A stretch of DNA of 64,000 bases, taken from assembly GCA_963924565.1 (NCBI GenBank), contig OZ004611.1, positions 22,568,001 to 22,632,000 on the forward strand, written 5' to 3'. This document shows positions 15,401 through 26,916 of the stretch, in pieces. Position 1 is the stretch's first letter. The number at the start of each line of letters is the position of its first letter. Source of the DNA: Ascidiella aspersa. Its lineage: Eukaryota. Below the pieces are notes generated by a model. It saw nothing but the letters and a program-made list of their open reading frames with translations, made no database searches and was not told the DNA's origin. A program made the translations under genes and the position numbers.

Positions 15401-18400
15401 CTAAACATTTCTTCTGTTAACGACGAAATATGTTTGAACTTTTGGTAAAGTTTATTTTGCGACATTTAGTCAATAGATATTAGTTTTTTAGTAATTTCTA
15501 TTTTTATGTAGGATTTTGTTGATTTTACAATTGTTATCATTTTATCGTAAACGTTCCATTGATTTTGTCAAAAAATATGTTGTTAATCGGATGATTAGGG
15601 TTTGACCGTAAACTATTCAAAAATGGTTTATGATTAGTTTATAGATTCATGATTAACAATATACAATAGAATATTCATTTTATGCATGTGATTCAACTCA
15701 TACTTTAGAACTTGTTGAACTTTGTAGCACAATTTGTGAGTACGCAAATTGCCTTAATGGTTTATGACATTTTCGATCATTTGCATGCTTGATATTATAT
15801 ATGCATGATGACATAAAGTAGAATACGACAACAGATTCTATGTTCGTGATTTAGGTCGTATTTATTGTTTTATTTATGTGATTTTAATCCTATATTAATT
15901 TACCAAGTTACAAATACCATGTACCAAAAGTGGGTAGAATTTGTTCCCAACATTATACAGTCGAGACTTTGTCAAAAAATCCAACAACCGTGATCAGTTA
16001 TTATAAGCGACAATGTCATAGTCCGAAGTTATAGGCCAGGGGTCGGCAACCTACGGCCCGCGAGCCGGATCTGGCCCCCGCCGCTTCTTTGACAAATTAG
16101 ACACGTCCATTTCACATACTTTTTTACTATTTTAACTACGTAAGTGCGAAAAATTTTCATCATCATTCTACTTCTACGTAAGCGCGAATCATCACTCTAC
16201 GTCCAGTTTGTTTACCGTCTTGTCAACTAGATCAGCGCTTCTTAATCGTTGCGAAGTGGAAGGCCGCCAAGTACGTCACGGAAAACGTATTCAAAATGTT
16301 GGACATATATTTTTTAACATTTTTTGTATTTACGGCAATGTAATAAAACTTGCAAGAAATTTAAAAGAAATGCCGGTATACCTAAAAAAATCGCGCTCGC
16401 TTCGCTAGCCGCACATGTGCCTTGACTTAAAAAGCTTAACAAACACTGAGCTAGATTAACTTTAAATGTTATCGCGTTCCCTCAAAGCATTTTATTACAC
16501 TTTTCATTATATGTATGGATGGCGACAATTTTATACCAAATAAACGCTTTTTTTCGCACTTTGCGCCAATACTTGCTGACTCCTTTAATGTAATTAAACA
16601 CGTTTTTAATTGCAAAAACGATCCGAGTCCCGCCTGATTCACAGTTGTTCTAACATGAAAATAACATAATTCTTAATCATTCTCTGCGGCCGCAGATATC
16701 TTTCTGAGTTTGGTTTTGGCCCACGACTAGAAAAAGGTTGCCGACCCCTGTTATAGGCGAACGCTTTTCTAGGGGAGAGCGAGTGCATTCCAAGCCCGTG
16801 CGAAAACGGCGGTTCGTGCATTCTGTGGGGAGAGTCGTTCACTTGCACCTGCGCAAGCGGATTCGAGGGCGACACTTGCTCCGTAGGTAAGTTGAGACTC
16901 GTTTCCAGTCAATTACATCGTTTTTGAGACGTACAACATACTTTTTTCATCGCAAACCGAGTCGTTGCTACATATTGTTTTGAATGATAGGTATATGAGC
17001 TAAATCCTATAAATAAAGTTTTATATATCTTCGCCATCAAGCTTCTATAAGTGGACGAACATGCATTACCGTATTACAAGAGGCTCAATCTACAAACCAT
17101 AAAAGTAACTGGGTCGGGCAATGCTTTATATTTCACTATAAGGTTCGAATGCGTGTCTTATCTGACTGTAGGTAAACTACCGGGTGAATATTTGCAATTG
17201 CGGTGCAGTGACGTATTTCCTATTGAACAGGCTCTTTACCCGGACACCAAGGTAGTTCAAAAGGACATATAATCACTAACGGGTGCGATCCGGTAAAAAT
17301 AACATGAAGGCACCTTATGAGGCTATTTACCCGGCAACCAAAGTAATTTAAGTCGATTTCCGAAAAAAAAATCTTTAAAATTGTGAAAAACTCGAAAATT
17401 TTAATCTTATACCATCAACACCGAAACCCTATTCCTAAAACAAACTGATAAATATTCACGTATTGGTTCAAGCGTAAAAGAGCGATCCGGTCAAATATCC
17501 CCTTCCTTTTCTATTACATCAAATATATTACGCAACTTCAGACATCGATGAATGTAAGACGACGAAGAACCCGTGCGAAGGAGACTTAGTGTGCGTGGAC
17601 AAGGTCAACGGGTTTATCTGCCGTCAAGAATGTGATCCCGGGTACACGGGCGAACGCTGTGATGTCGGTAAGTCGCGCTCCAGAGTTTCACAGAGAATAA
17701 ATTCTTAAACCATTCAGGTATACGTATAGGTTTAACAAAGGTTTCCTCTTGTCTATTTTGTTTGTTTTACACGAGTTGATATAATCTAAATCAGTGTTTC
17801 CCAACCTTTTTCACACTAGCGCACATTTGGGCTTCGTATTATTTTTATATCGCCCCCATTTACATACAACAATCATTCCGGTAAGGTTTTCAAAATGGCT
17901 GATGATTCTACATAGTTTTATGCATACTACAACATAACACTGCACTGCATCTTGCGGAAAATTTAACTTGATAATGCAACCCAGTTTTATCGGTAGCTAA
18001 CTATAAAAGATTACTTCCTAATATACATGCATTATTTTCCAAGGTTTTATGTGGTATTAGCACAAAAAAATCAACTTTCTGCACCAGTCTAAGGCTTTAA
18101 ATAAACAAACATTTTCAACAAACAGCCGCGTATAAAACGGTGAAACGCAACAACAACCTTACATAAGAAAGCCAAATATTACGTAAACAATTGTCGGAAA
18201 ACTACTACAAGTTCGCAGTACGGAAGTTGCCATTTAAAAGGTTAAATGTTACATAGTACAAATGCTGTTTGTTGCTATTTTTGTGTGAACATAAAATTTT
18301 GGCAGAATGTACTTTTACTTAGCGCCCCCTTATGTGCGTTCAGCGCCCCCCCTTAAATGACAAAAATACTCAAAACGCCCCCTTGTAACCCGCCAACGCC

Positions 18401-21400
18401 CACAAGGGGGCGGTACCGCTCTCGTTGGGAACCCCTGATATAAATGAACATAGCCTACCATCTGGCACCAATGTTTGGGGGATATTTTTTAGACATTATG
18501 TACCAAAGATGCGTCATAACCTGACGTCGCATTACATTCAAACGTGACGTCAAAAAGATGTAATCTTAAAAACTCCAAACGGTTCGTTTATTAAAGTTTC
18601 ATATCGTGTGCTACTAAAAAGGTGTGCTACTTTTAATGCAAAAGCTAAATAACAAGGTGTTATGGACCAAAACTACATGGCGTTAGTCAGTGCTAAGAAC
18701 TTTGGTTTATAAAACATGAACTATTTAATGTTGTGCATGACACAGCTTTAAAAATATAGACGTAAACTGACAAGAACGAAAGAACCCAAGCTTTTTAACC
18801 TATGTTTAGATTGGTAAAATTGTGCCAAACTTCGCAGTTTATTATCGTAACGGTAGCAATCAGTGCGTGGGTTATATGTTTACAGAAATAGACGAGTGTG
18901 AGAGCGATCCTTGTCAAAACGGAGGGACGTGCAACGATAAACTGAACGAGTACGTCTGTGTATGCCTATCAAGCTACAACGGAACCAACTGTGGTAAGAA
19001 TAAAATTTAAAAATAAAAGCTATCTAAAAGTAAATAAAACCTATAGTCGTCCAAATGATCATTTTTTTGCTTCTCCTTTGCTTTTGTGTGTAATTTTTTT
19101 CTAGGCCAAATACGTACAGTTTGTTGCAACTGGCACATTTTTATTTTTTATTTTTCACCATATTTGCGGTTTATTAAGCTCTAAAAATACCGTTAAGAAC
19201 GTGTATAATATAAGTTTAATAATAAAGTATTAAAGGATTTTGTAATATAAAAATGTTTTATATAAGTAAGTTTCTTAGTTTTTGTGATGGGAAAAATTAA
19301 AATAACTCGGTAATTTTACACACCCTTTCTTATCTTAACACTAAATGTACATTGTACTGTACGGCTCGAACACATTTGTAAAATTGAAGACCATGTAAAG
19401 GTTTGTAGTTTATTCGTTTAATTGTGAAATTATGATGGTTATGCAGCAGCAGCATAAACCATTGATTATGCACCATGTGAAGCCTATTACAACCACAGCA
19501 GTACAACGGGTAAAGTATGCGTGAGCGGGAAAATAACCATTTGAGTACCGGTACTAATAATATGTAATATTTCAATACAAAAGTGCCTGGCCTTAATGGC
19601 ACATTTGGTAAATCAACAAATTAGTTACACATTAAAAGTATACGCGCAATTTGGCAATGGCGGTTAAACATCCGTAAGGTTTCTATGGGTATTTGTGGAG
19701 CCTATTTGTGTTTCACTTGTAACAGTTACAGTCCAACACGTGATGGCCCCATTTGAGTATAATACATTTATGTATTACATCTATATAAACTGGGTTATTA
19801 AGTTTTCTTGCATTACTGTAAGTGCAACCAGAATCGTTTGTCTTTATGATTAACCAAAGGATGCGTTTGTCCAATTTATCGTTTTTAAGAAAAATGCTGA
19901 AAGTGAAACTAAAACGGAATTAAAGTGAGCTAAAGCCTCCATTACCGCGGGCGTGCCATTGTCGTTTTGACTCTACATAATCGGCTATATCCCAGTTGAA
20001 AAGCCAAGTTCGAACTTCACTTTGATATAATTTTTCTAGCCTCACTTGCATACAAGTTTAGTTAGTTTTTTTCCTCGTGTAAGGCTCCCAGTTTACGATA
20101 TAGTGTTATTGTTGTCCACCAAGAAAATCACGTTCCTTGTGCAAGCGATCCTTGCATGAACGATGCTGATTGCGAAGAGGTGAAAAACGGCAACGCCACA
20201 AAGTACAGGTGCCTGTGCGCAATCGGGTGGAACGGACTGAATTGCGACAACAAAGTAGGTAGGTCGATCGCATTTGAAACTGTAGGTGAAAATCACGTAT
20301 CGTACAACTATAAAAGAGCATAATGGTCTGAGGCTCTAGTTAGACTTGGTACGAAAATCAAAGTTAATAATTATAGAAGTATGGGCAACCTCAGAATAAA
20401 TTTTTCTTGATTTTTAAGAGGTAAAAATGTTACTTTGATACGGCCCGTTTTAAAACAGTCCTATTGTCTATTTATATACATGCAAATATCTTATGTAATT
20501 AGTATTAAGTTTCACTTGGAGTTCATTTTTTAACATTTACAGGAATGAACTGTGTATAAATAAATTTACATATAAGTTTTTCAAATCGTAGATGAAATAG
20601 AAGATTTTTGTCAAGGTCCTTAAATGTGCCAAACAATAAAAATCAGAACTAATAATAATTGACCATCGTTTACCCCCTAAAATAGTCACACAGATAAAAC
20701 AACTTAAAATTTAAGCACATCTTTAATAGTATGCTCCGCAAGGTCGCATTAAATTTTAGACTGAAATTAACGTTCACGTGACATATTCCAACCTTTTGAT
20801 GCAGCCGAGGGTTGTCCGAATCCTCATCCAGGTGTCGGTGGGTTCGTTCCTTTTGGGGCAAGTTTGGATAGCGTTTGCGGCGAGGGCTTGATCCTGAAAG
20901 GCCCGGAGAGAATCCTTTGCCTGGACAGCGGCGAATTCGACTCGCCTGTTCCGCAGTGCATTGGTAGGGCGATATATATGATTTTGGCTTAGATTAGGGC
21001 AACATGTGGCCCTGGTCTAGAGTCCTACAATCAGCGTTGAAATAATTAGTAAAGCAACGCACAATATGGGTAAGGGTGCTGGTTAACGTTTGGGTGAGAG
21101 TGGGCCAAGTATTATCATTTATTAATATTGCTTAACCTACCCAAACACAATGCCCAACCCGCATCCTAGCACAAATAATGTTCGTTGTGGTAGGCTTCTA
21201 GAGTCTAGACTAGACCATCACCCAAAAGTGCTGCATGGCGTTCTGCGTTTTTTTACGCAAACACGTGTCGTACAGCTGCTAATTGTAACGACTCGTTCTT
21301 TTCTACATTTTTTGCTGTTATTTTATGCAGCGGCAATAGGCGATAAATTAATTTCGCTTTCTACACACGTCGTGGCTGCAATTACGTTATCCAGGATAGC

Positions 21401-22575
21401 CTTGGATATAATATAGTCATGCACAGCTAATTTTTAGTTTCGCTTTAATTTCTTTAACTAAAGACTAAACAAACAATAAACATAATGTTTATACCTTCCT
21501 AATAATTCTAAACTTAATACGACTAATTAATACAAAAAACTAATACAGAAATAACCAATTTACAGTTGACAAATTAAAGTTGGGAACTTGCGCTATGTAC
21601 TTTTTGCTAGCAACATTTAGCGAATCTAGAAGAAAAAACAATGGCATTGTTGTGTCATCAACATAGAAATTAAATCACGTTTCTCGCTTTAACAATTTAA
21701 GTTGTAATGTGTATCTCAATGTTGACACGCTTTTATAGTGTTTTTACACTTTTTTTCAGTCTGTGTAAACTTAAAAGATATAGGATAATTCCACAGCCTT
21801 TTGTCAACAAGTAAAAGCATGGTCAAGCAGCAGATGTCGGTAACCTTTCTTAACTGTTTGTTGGCATTTTGCAGTAAACGGTACCAACTACGCTTCGGGC
21901 CACCAATCAGTCATGTCGCCCATGATGATTATCCTTACGTCAGCCGGCGGTGTCGTCGGAATCGCTGTGGTTGGCTACGTGGTATACGTCTTCTATTTGG
22001 CGTAAGTTTGGGTTTTGGTATGATATATTGCACCGGTAATAAATTAAATATACAACAGAACATTTGTATCTGACCGATAGGAATTACTGTAAACGATCGT
22101 GTTTAGATAATAATTAATCATTCCCCTTCTTTATGATTTTTTTTAATTTATTCTGTCCTACTTTGTTTTATTTATCTAATAATGTTTCTGACTAATAGGC
22201 CTACTTATACTGTTTCGTTTATTAATTATTCAGATATACTGAAGATGCCTTTGCTGGCGATATTTTAACATCCATATATTCTGCTATCATTCCCTTTATA
22301 GGTTTTAATTTTTGTGGTGCGGATATGAGGCTATAGCACATATTTAGCCAGCGTTGTTGTCATTTTGATCAGAAACTTTTTAATATATATGCAGACCGTG
22401 GAACAATCCTGCAGTACAAGCAAAGCTGGCCGAAGCAACGGTCGCTGCTAAGAGTTCCGGAAAACCATCAACCAGTAAAGCTAAAGGCAAAACAAAAACG
22501 GCCAAGTCAAGCAAGCCGAGCAAATCGAAAATCTCGGACATCACTGCGAAGCCTGAAAGTCACAAGAAAAAGTAG
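426..22575 (+). CDS. Gene A: type-I membrane protein, signal peptide-CUB-16xEGF-CCP(sushi)-TM-basic cytoplasmic tail (fibropellin/Notch-like EGF repeats), ~945 aa, 22 exons
   Basis: Hand-spliced exons, all GT-AG and phase compatible, total 2838 nt: 426-477 ([17 protein letters not shown]), 1335-1486 and 3505-3718 (CUB: [37 protein letters not shown]), EGF exons 4227-4373, 5356-5472, 6200-6313, 7272-7385, 8144-8257, 8897-9016, 10361-10480, 11047-11166, 11997-12119, 12677-12793, 14180-14311, 14951-15082, 16773-16886, 17542-17667, 18886-18993, 20124-20258, CCP 20805-20963, TM 21875-22001, tail 22395-22575 ending ESHKKK*. A few boundaries have alternatives (1293 vs 1335; 15082 vs 15103). Confidence 0.88.
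1078..1286. mobile_element. hAT-type MITE
   Basis: TIRs CAGGGGTTCTTAA / TTAAGAACCCCTG, TSD gtttagag/gtttagcg; related copy at ~56031-56255. Confidence 0.8.
2423..3071. mobile_element. hAT-type MITE
   Basis: TIRs CAGGGTGGTCCAA / TTGGACCACCCTG, perfect 8-bp TSD gcctacat. Confidence 0.85.
3118..3424. mobile_element. hAT-type MITE (older)
   Basis: CAGTGGTTTTCAA ... GAGAAACACTG ends, imperfect TSD ccatatgg/gcatgtgg. Confidence 0.6.
4415..4928. mobile_element. hAT-type MITE
   Basis: CAGCGGCCGAGAACC ... GGTTACCGACCCCTG, perfect TSD cgttagac. Confidence 0.8.
6590..6925 (-). repeat. Dispersed repeat rich in GGAGTCGG/CCGACTC motifs (MITE-like)
   Basis: Reverse-complement similarity to 35778-36170 and 38357-38718 (shared GCGCATG..CAGTACCAAATTT core). 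Confidence 0.65.
12888..13482. mobile_element. hAT-type MITE
   Basis: CAGTGGTTTTCAAC ... GTTGGGAACCACTG, perfect TSD atctatag. Confidence 0.85.
13501..13763. mobile_element. hAT-type MITE next to the previous one
   Basis: CAATGGTTTTCCAGC ... GTTGGGAGCCACTG, degenerate TSD. Confidence 0.6.
16037..16750. mobile_element. hAT-type MITE
   Basis: TIRs CAGGGGTCGGCAACC / GGTTGCCGACCCCTG, perfect TSD ttataggc; ends 22 nt upstream of exon 16773. Confidence 0.9.
17792..18437. mobile_element. hAT-type MITE
   Basis: CAGTGTTTCCCAAC ... GTTGGGAACCCCTG, TSD atctaaat/atataaat. Confidence 0.8.
20805..20963 (+). CDS. Gene A sushi/CCP exon
   Basis: gcag|..[50 protein letters not shown]|gtaggg; four-Cys CCP pattern, phase 1-1. 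Confidence 0.8.
21875..22001 (+). CDS. Gene A transmembrane exon
   Basis: [27 protein letters not shown] hydrophobic stretch, flanked by tttgcag and gtaagt. Confidence 0.85.
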
Positions 22576-23164
22576 AAGCGCTTTTTGTGCGATCATTTGT
22601 CAAGCACGCATTTTTGACAAAATTCAACCAACCGAAAGTTGATTTTTATACCAAGGATATATGTTCAATACGTTACATCAGTATCGCACAACAGATATTT
22701 TCTAGAAATACGCGCTGCCTGGGTCTAACCCGATGCGTTGACCAGAAAAGTCACGTATTTGCTTATGAGTTACAAATTTGGCCAGTATAGTGAGTAAAAA
22801 TGATTTTTGTTACCAAAATATTAGTTTAAATTAAACATTCTAACTTAATCGGTTATTAAGTGTCATTAAGATTTGTCGCCGGTATAATGGGAGAAACGCC
22901 TATAAGTAACCATTCCCGTATATAATATGTAGCCCGATGCCTAATTGTTGGATTTAATAACCATTACTTTAGTTTAGTGTTTTTTTATAATTTTAATGAC
23001 GATACCGTGCAAATGTTTTCACACATCAGTAATTGACCACTCTGATTTTTTTGGAACATTTTATTTATTAAGGTTGTAGCAGGAATTAGGCCTACCGAAT
23101 TAGACAGGAAGTTCGTTTACGGGTCATTTTTTAGGAATTTCTGATACTCAAAAACTAGTCGTTT

Positions 23165-24823
23165 CTATCCCGATGGTGTAACAGTGACGTCGTAGTCTGG
23201 GTATCTTTTGCTTCCCATTAAAAGGACAAACTTCACGATTCCGAGGCTTTCCTGCCTATTAATTTCGCTTTGCGTGATGATGTATTGCTTGCCGGAAACC
23301 TGTCTTGCAATATTTCCACCACGAACCTGAAAATGACGATGGATTTGGGTGAATATCGAAAATAATAGGATCCAGTAACGAATGTAGACGTTTGTCAGTA
23401 AAATATTTAAAGATGGCGGTGTCTGATCAAGTTCCAAAAGCCTTGGCTAGATTAAATAAGAATAAGTCAGATAATGATCAATTATAGAAAAGGTGTGATT
23501 GAACTCTTTCGGGAAGGTGGTTAATTGTCGTTTATCTTTATTAGGTCATAGGAGAAGATGTATTTTAAATAGGGCCATTATACTCCCAAATCTATACGTC
23601 GATGTTTAATAGCTGACATGCCGACAGAGGTCCCCTAGTTCCACAACTTTTCTTGGTGGTATAAAATTATTGCTTTTAACTCTAGAAAATCGGGATTCTT
23701 TAGAGTTTAGACTTATATACTAGTTTGATTTTGATTTATTAGAATTGGGACAGTGCAGATGCAAAATATATTCCTCTTGACGTTTTATGACATGACTCGA
23801 TTTGAATTTGAAGTTATTCGCGTCAATTTGAAATTATTGTCGTAATTTACATATAAGTACAAGTTGATATTACATTTACAAAACAATTTGCCATTCCAAT
23901 AAATGAATTATGCTTTTTGTCACTTTGTCTAAAGCGATACTGTTTTTTATTTATTGATCGCAAGGCTTCTCTTCATACACAAGTGTTTCAGCTCTGTACT
24001 CGATATGTAGATGATTTGTCATAAAAATATTGAATCCATTTTAGCAACTTACGTCAATTCTTTCGACTGCGTGTGGGAATGTGACGAGAACCTTGTCCGC
24101 ACCGGTAGGGAAGTAAATCTTGCCCTGCGCAGCGTTTGGCCACGTAAAACAGAACACGACCGTCCCTTTTGGATCTGAAACAGTTGACAAAGCGTGGTTT
24201 TGAAAACACCAAAAAAGAGCCACACTGATTCTTACCTGACAGGCGAGGTGCGCATGTTCGTCTGTCATCCTTCATGAAATAGTCTTCGGGGCATTGACAA
24301 AAGGATCCTTCATTAGCATCAACACATTCGTGTGAGCACTGTAGGTTTGTGCAACCACTGGCTCCGGCTGCTGATGTTAGTACTAAAAAAAGCCAGAATT
24401 ACAATTCGTGAAGGTCAATAAAACACAAGCAGCGAATACAAGAGACGATTTAACAATAGCTCTACAGTTAAGGGTCAAACCCCTTAAAATAATCACTTAC
24501 AGTGCTCACTGCGTCCTTTTTTAGATTTTAGGCTTTGTCTCTAAAAAAATTATTTTACATTAGGCCTATAGTGTTTATATTTAGGAGAAAAACAATGTAG
24601 ATTGAATTCTCTTAAGCTTTTGCTGAAAACAAATATTTTTCTAAAGTGACTAAACAGTAACAAGATAAACGTTCGTGGAGTCTGGTAGAGCGAAGAACCT
24701 TCAAAATAGAACGGTTCTTAATTAGGCTATTGCTTATTTGTTTAGCGAGGTTTTAAACGTCGTATACCTACCGGCTTGTAAAACGGCAAGAAAAACAAGA
24801 ATAGACAGAGTTATGTGTTCCAT
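23165..24823 (-). CDS. Gene B: small secreted protein, signal peptide-EGF-CBM2-like orphan domain, 165 aa, 5 exons
   Basis: Exons 24823-24772 (MEHITLSILVFLAVLQA), 15-nt microexon 24515-24501, 24382-24236 (EGF CTNLQCSHECVDANEGSFCQCPEDYFMKDDRRTC), 24174-24053 (GTVVFCFTWPNAAQGKIYFPTG..VTFPHAVERID), 23326-23165 (VRGGNIARQVSGKQYIITQ..RYPDYDVTVTPSG*). All GT-AG, 498 nt, open frame. The CBM2 label is inference from the motif. Confidence 0.85.
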
Positions 24824-26608
24824 TTTAATGCACAGATGTGACACCAAGCATCAGTGTTTTAGGTCTGCAATTGTACAATATTTAATATACTATATAGTTC
24901 TATTTTTATGCTTAACATCCACACAAATAAATCTACAAATGCCACATTCATTAGGTCAGTCATCGATATCCAAATACTAGCACTGTTTATTAATATCTAT
25001 ATCTATGTCCTCCCTGATCCTTTTTAGTAATATATTGTTTCCGTTGAATTAAATAACTAAAATTGCAAAACATGTACCAGCATATTCGGACAGTCACATG
25101 TGATGCAATTTCACTCCAACAAATACATTACATATGTCTTCATTAATAAGTCAACCATTAGACGTTTAATGCTGTAACGCGCCATGCGCTCAAAAAAAGC
25201 AAACAACACCTATATGTATTTCATATTTGTATTGGGCAGTCTGGACACGACAAATCGATAGAAATTACCAAAGACCAGTTGTAAAATGGAACATCAAATA
25301 GGTAGAGGTTGTCGTTTTTGTGACACTTAAGAAATTGAGTGCCTAAAAATTTAAATAATATAAAACGTGCAAGAATTGCGATCTACTGATTTATTTCACG
25401 CATTTAGGATGATCTACAAACGTGAGTTTTCTATCGTTCTGGCGCCAATCAGTTTGGTAACACAGAAAAGGGGTCACCAATATTTGTACTACTCAAAGGG
25501 TAGGCTACTTGTATAGTCAAATGAATGCAATTTAATACACCCTTCTGAACTAATAACTTTGCTAAGCTTGCCTTTCGTTTTTAGCAATTTTATTGATACT
25601 TATTTTGTAAATACACTGCTACTTTCTGCAAATAAGAATATTGTTTTATGTTCACAGAAATAAATACCGTATTAAGGGCAAACGATTAGAATATTGTTTT
25701 ATATCTATACAGAACACTAGAAAAAGAGTCACTTTTAACAGGATGCGAACAAAGTTAACCGTTTAACTGAAACCCAGGCCTAATTCAAAAACCAAGTAAT
25801 TTAGTCAAGATAAATTATTTGATAGATTCAACTAAAGTATTTTTACCCAAAAACCTAATAACCTAAATTTATTTCAAATTAATACATATTTGTTAAAAAG
25901 CCAATAACGAAGTAAAACGTATTAGCTTTCTGCCAAATGCAGTTGGTCGTCTCTTTGTTTATGTCCGATATTTATTTAATGTAAGTTTTGCATATAGGCT
26001 ACACTAGGAAACAAAATAATGTTTTTAATCGCCGCCTAATTTTCCAATCTATTTTTAAACTGTCTTCCTTTGGTGATTTGCTGTGCCTTGTAAGAAAGCA
26101 ACGCGGTTTATTGTGGGTTCTATACGAAAGACAGGCATTTATTGCAAACCCATTTGGTAACCTTATACACTTGCGTCTAATTTCCAACCATTGCATTTTT
26201 AGTAAAATATGTCACATAGAAGCCTTTTATAGATTCAGTCAACTGTGTGAAATCAATAACAACCCGAATGACGATGGCCGCAATTATTTTATTTGTGGGA
26301 ATTTGATAATCTCCAACACCAAACGTAAAAGCCGGACTTTCACACCGAAGAAAGTACGTTTAAAACGAAAGGTGTACAGAAAGGCAGATATCGTAAAACT
26401 AAACATTCACCGGCAAAAAATAACAATACATCAACACCGCACCAAGCTTTTTGGCCCTTTCGTGACCAACAAGAAAACACATGTCTACATAATCAAAACT
26501 GGGTCAAGTGTAATAGTGAAAAAAATCTCCGTGCATTTAATTAAGTGACTAGCTAGGTGACTGAAAGGTCGTCCAGGGTGACATTTTACTGCGATCGAAC
26601 GCTTAGAG

Positions 26609-26906
26609 CAGTGGTTCTCAACCTTTTTTCTTTCGTGGCCCATTTTCGTTGCACAAAAATTCTGGGCCCAATAAACTGTTAGGGAAGAACAAACTATAAA
26701 ATAGGTTTAGAACAAAAAAGAGCGGAGCATGTATCAATAAATTTACGTTTTATTTACATTTCTTCAATTCCTCCCCAATCAAATTATTCCTGTAAAATTA
26801 CGTATAGTGACACAAACCAAAGTAAATTCTTCAATAAATCTAGCTTTTTTAAATTGGTCTGTGGCCCACCTAAAATTTTCCATGGCCTACGGGTTGAGAA
26901 CCGCTG
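26609..26906. mobile_element. hAT-type MITE just downstream of the gene C stop codon
   Basis: CAGTGGTTCTCAACC ... GGTTGAGAACCGCTG, perfect TSD gcttagag; empty paralogous site at ~43751. Confidence 0.9.
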
Positions 26907-26916
26907 GCTTAGAGCC

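Noticed and set aside
426-22575. Calling gene A Notch, Delta/Jagged, Crumbs or fibropellin
   Set aside because: Only the EGF repeats are similar; DSL, LNR/ankyrin, LamG and avidin domains are absent.
22561-22575. C-terminal HKKK as a KKxx ER-retrieval signal
   Set aside because: The canonical motif needs Lys at -3 and at -4 or -5; here -4 is His and -5 is Ser.
25988-26548. 186-aa ORF
   Set aside because: Non-ATG start, no recognisable domain, and the paralogous region (~42780-43700) has indels and an insertion that break the frame.
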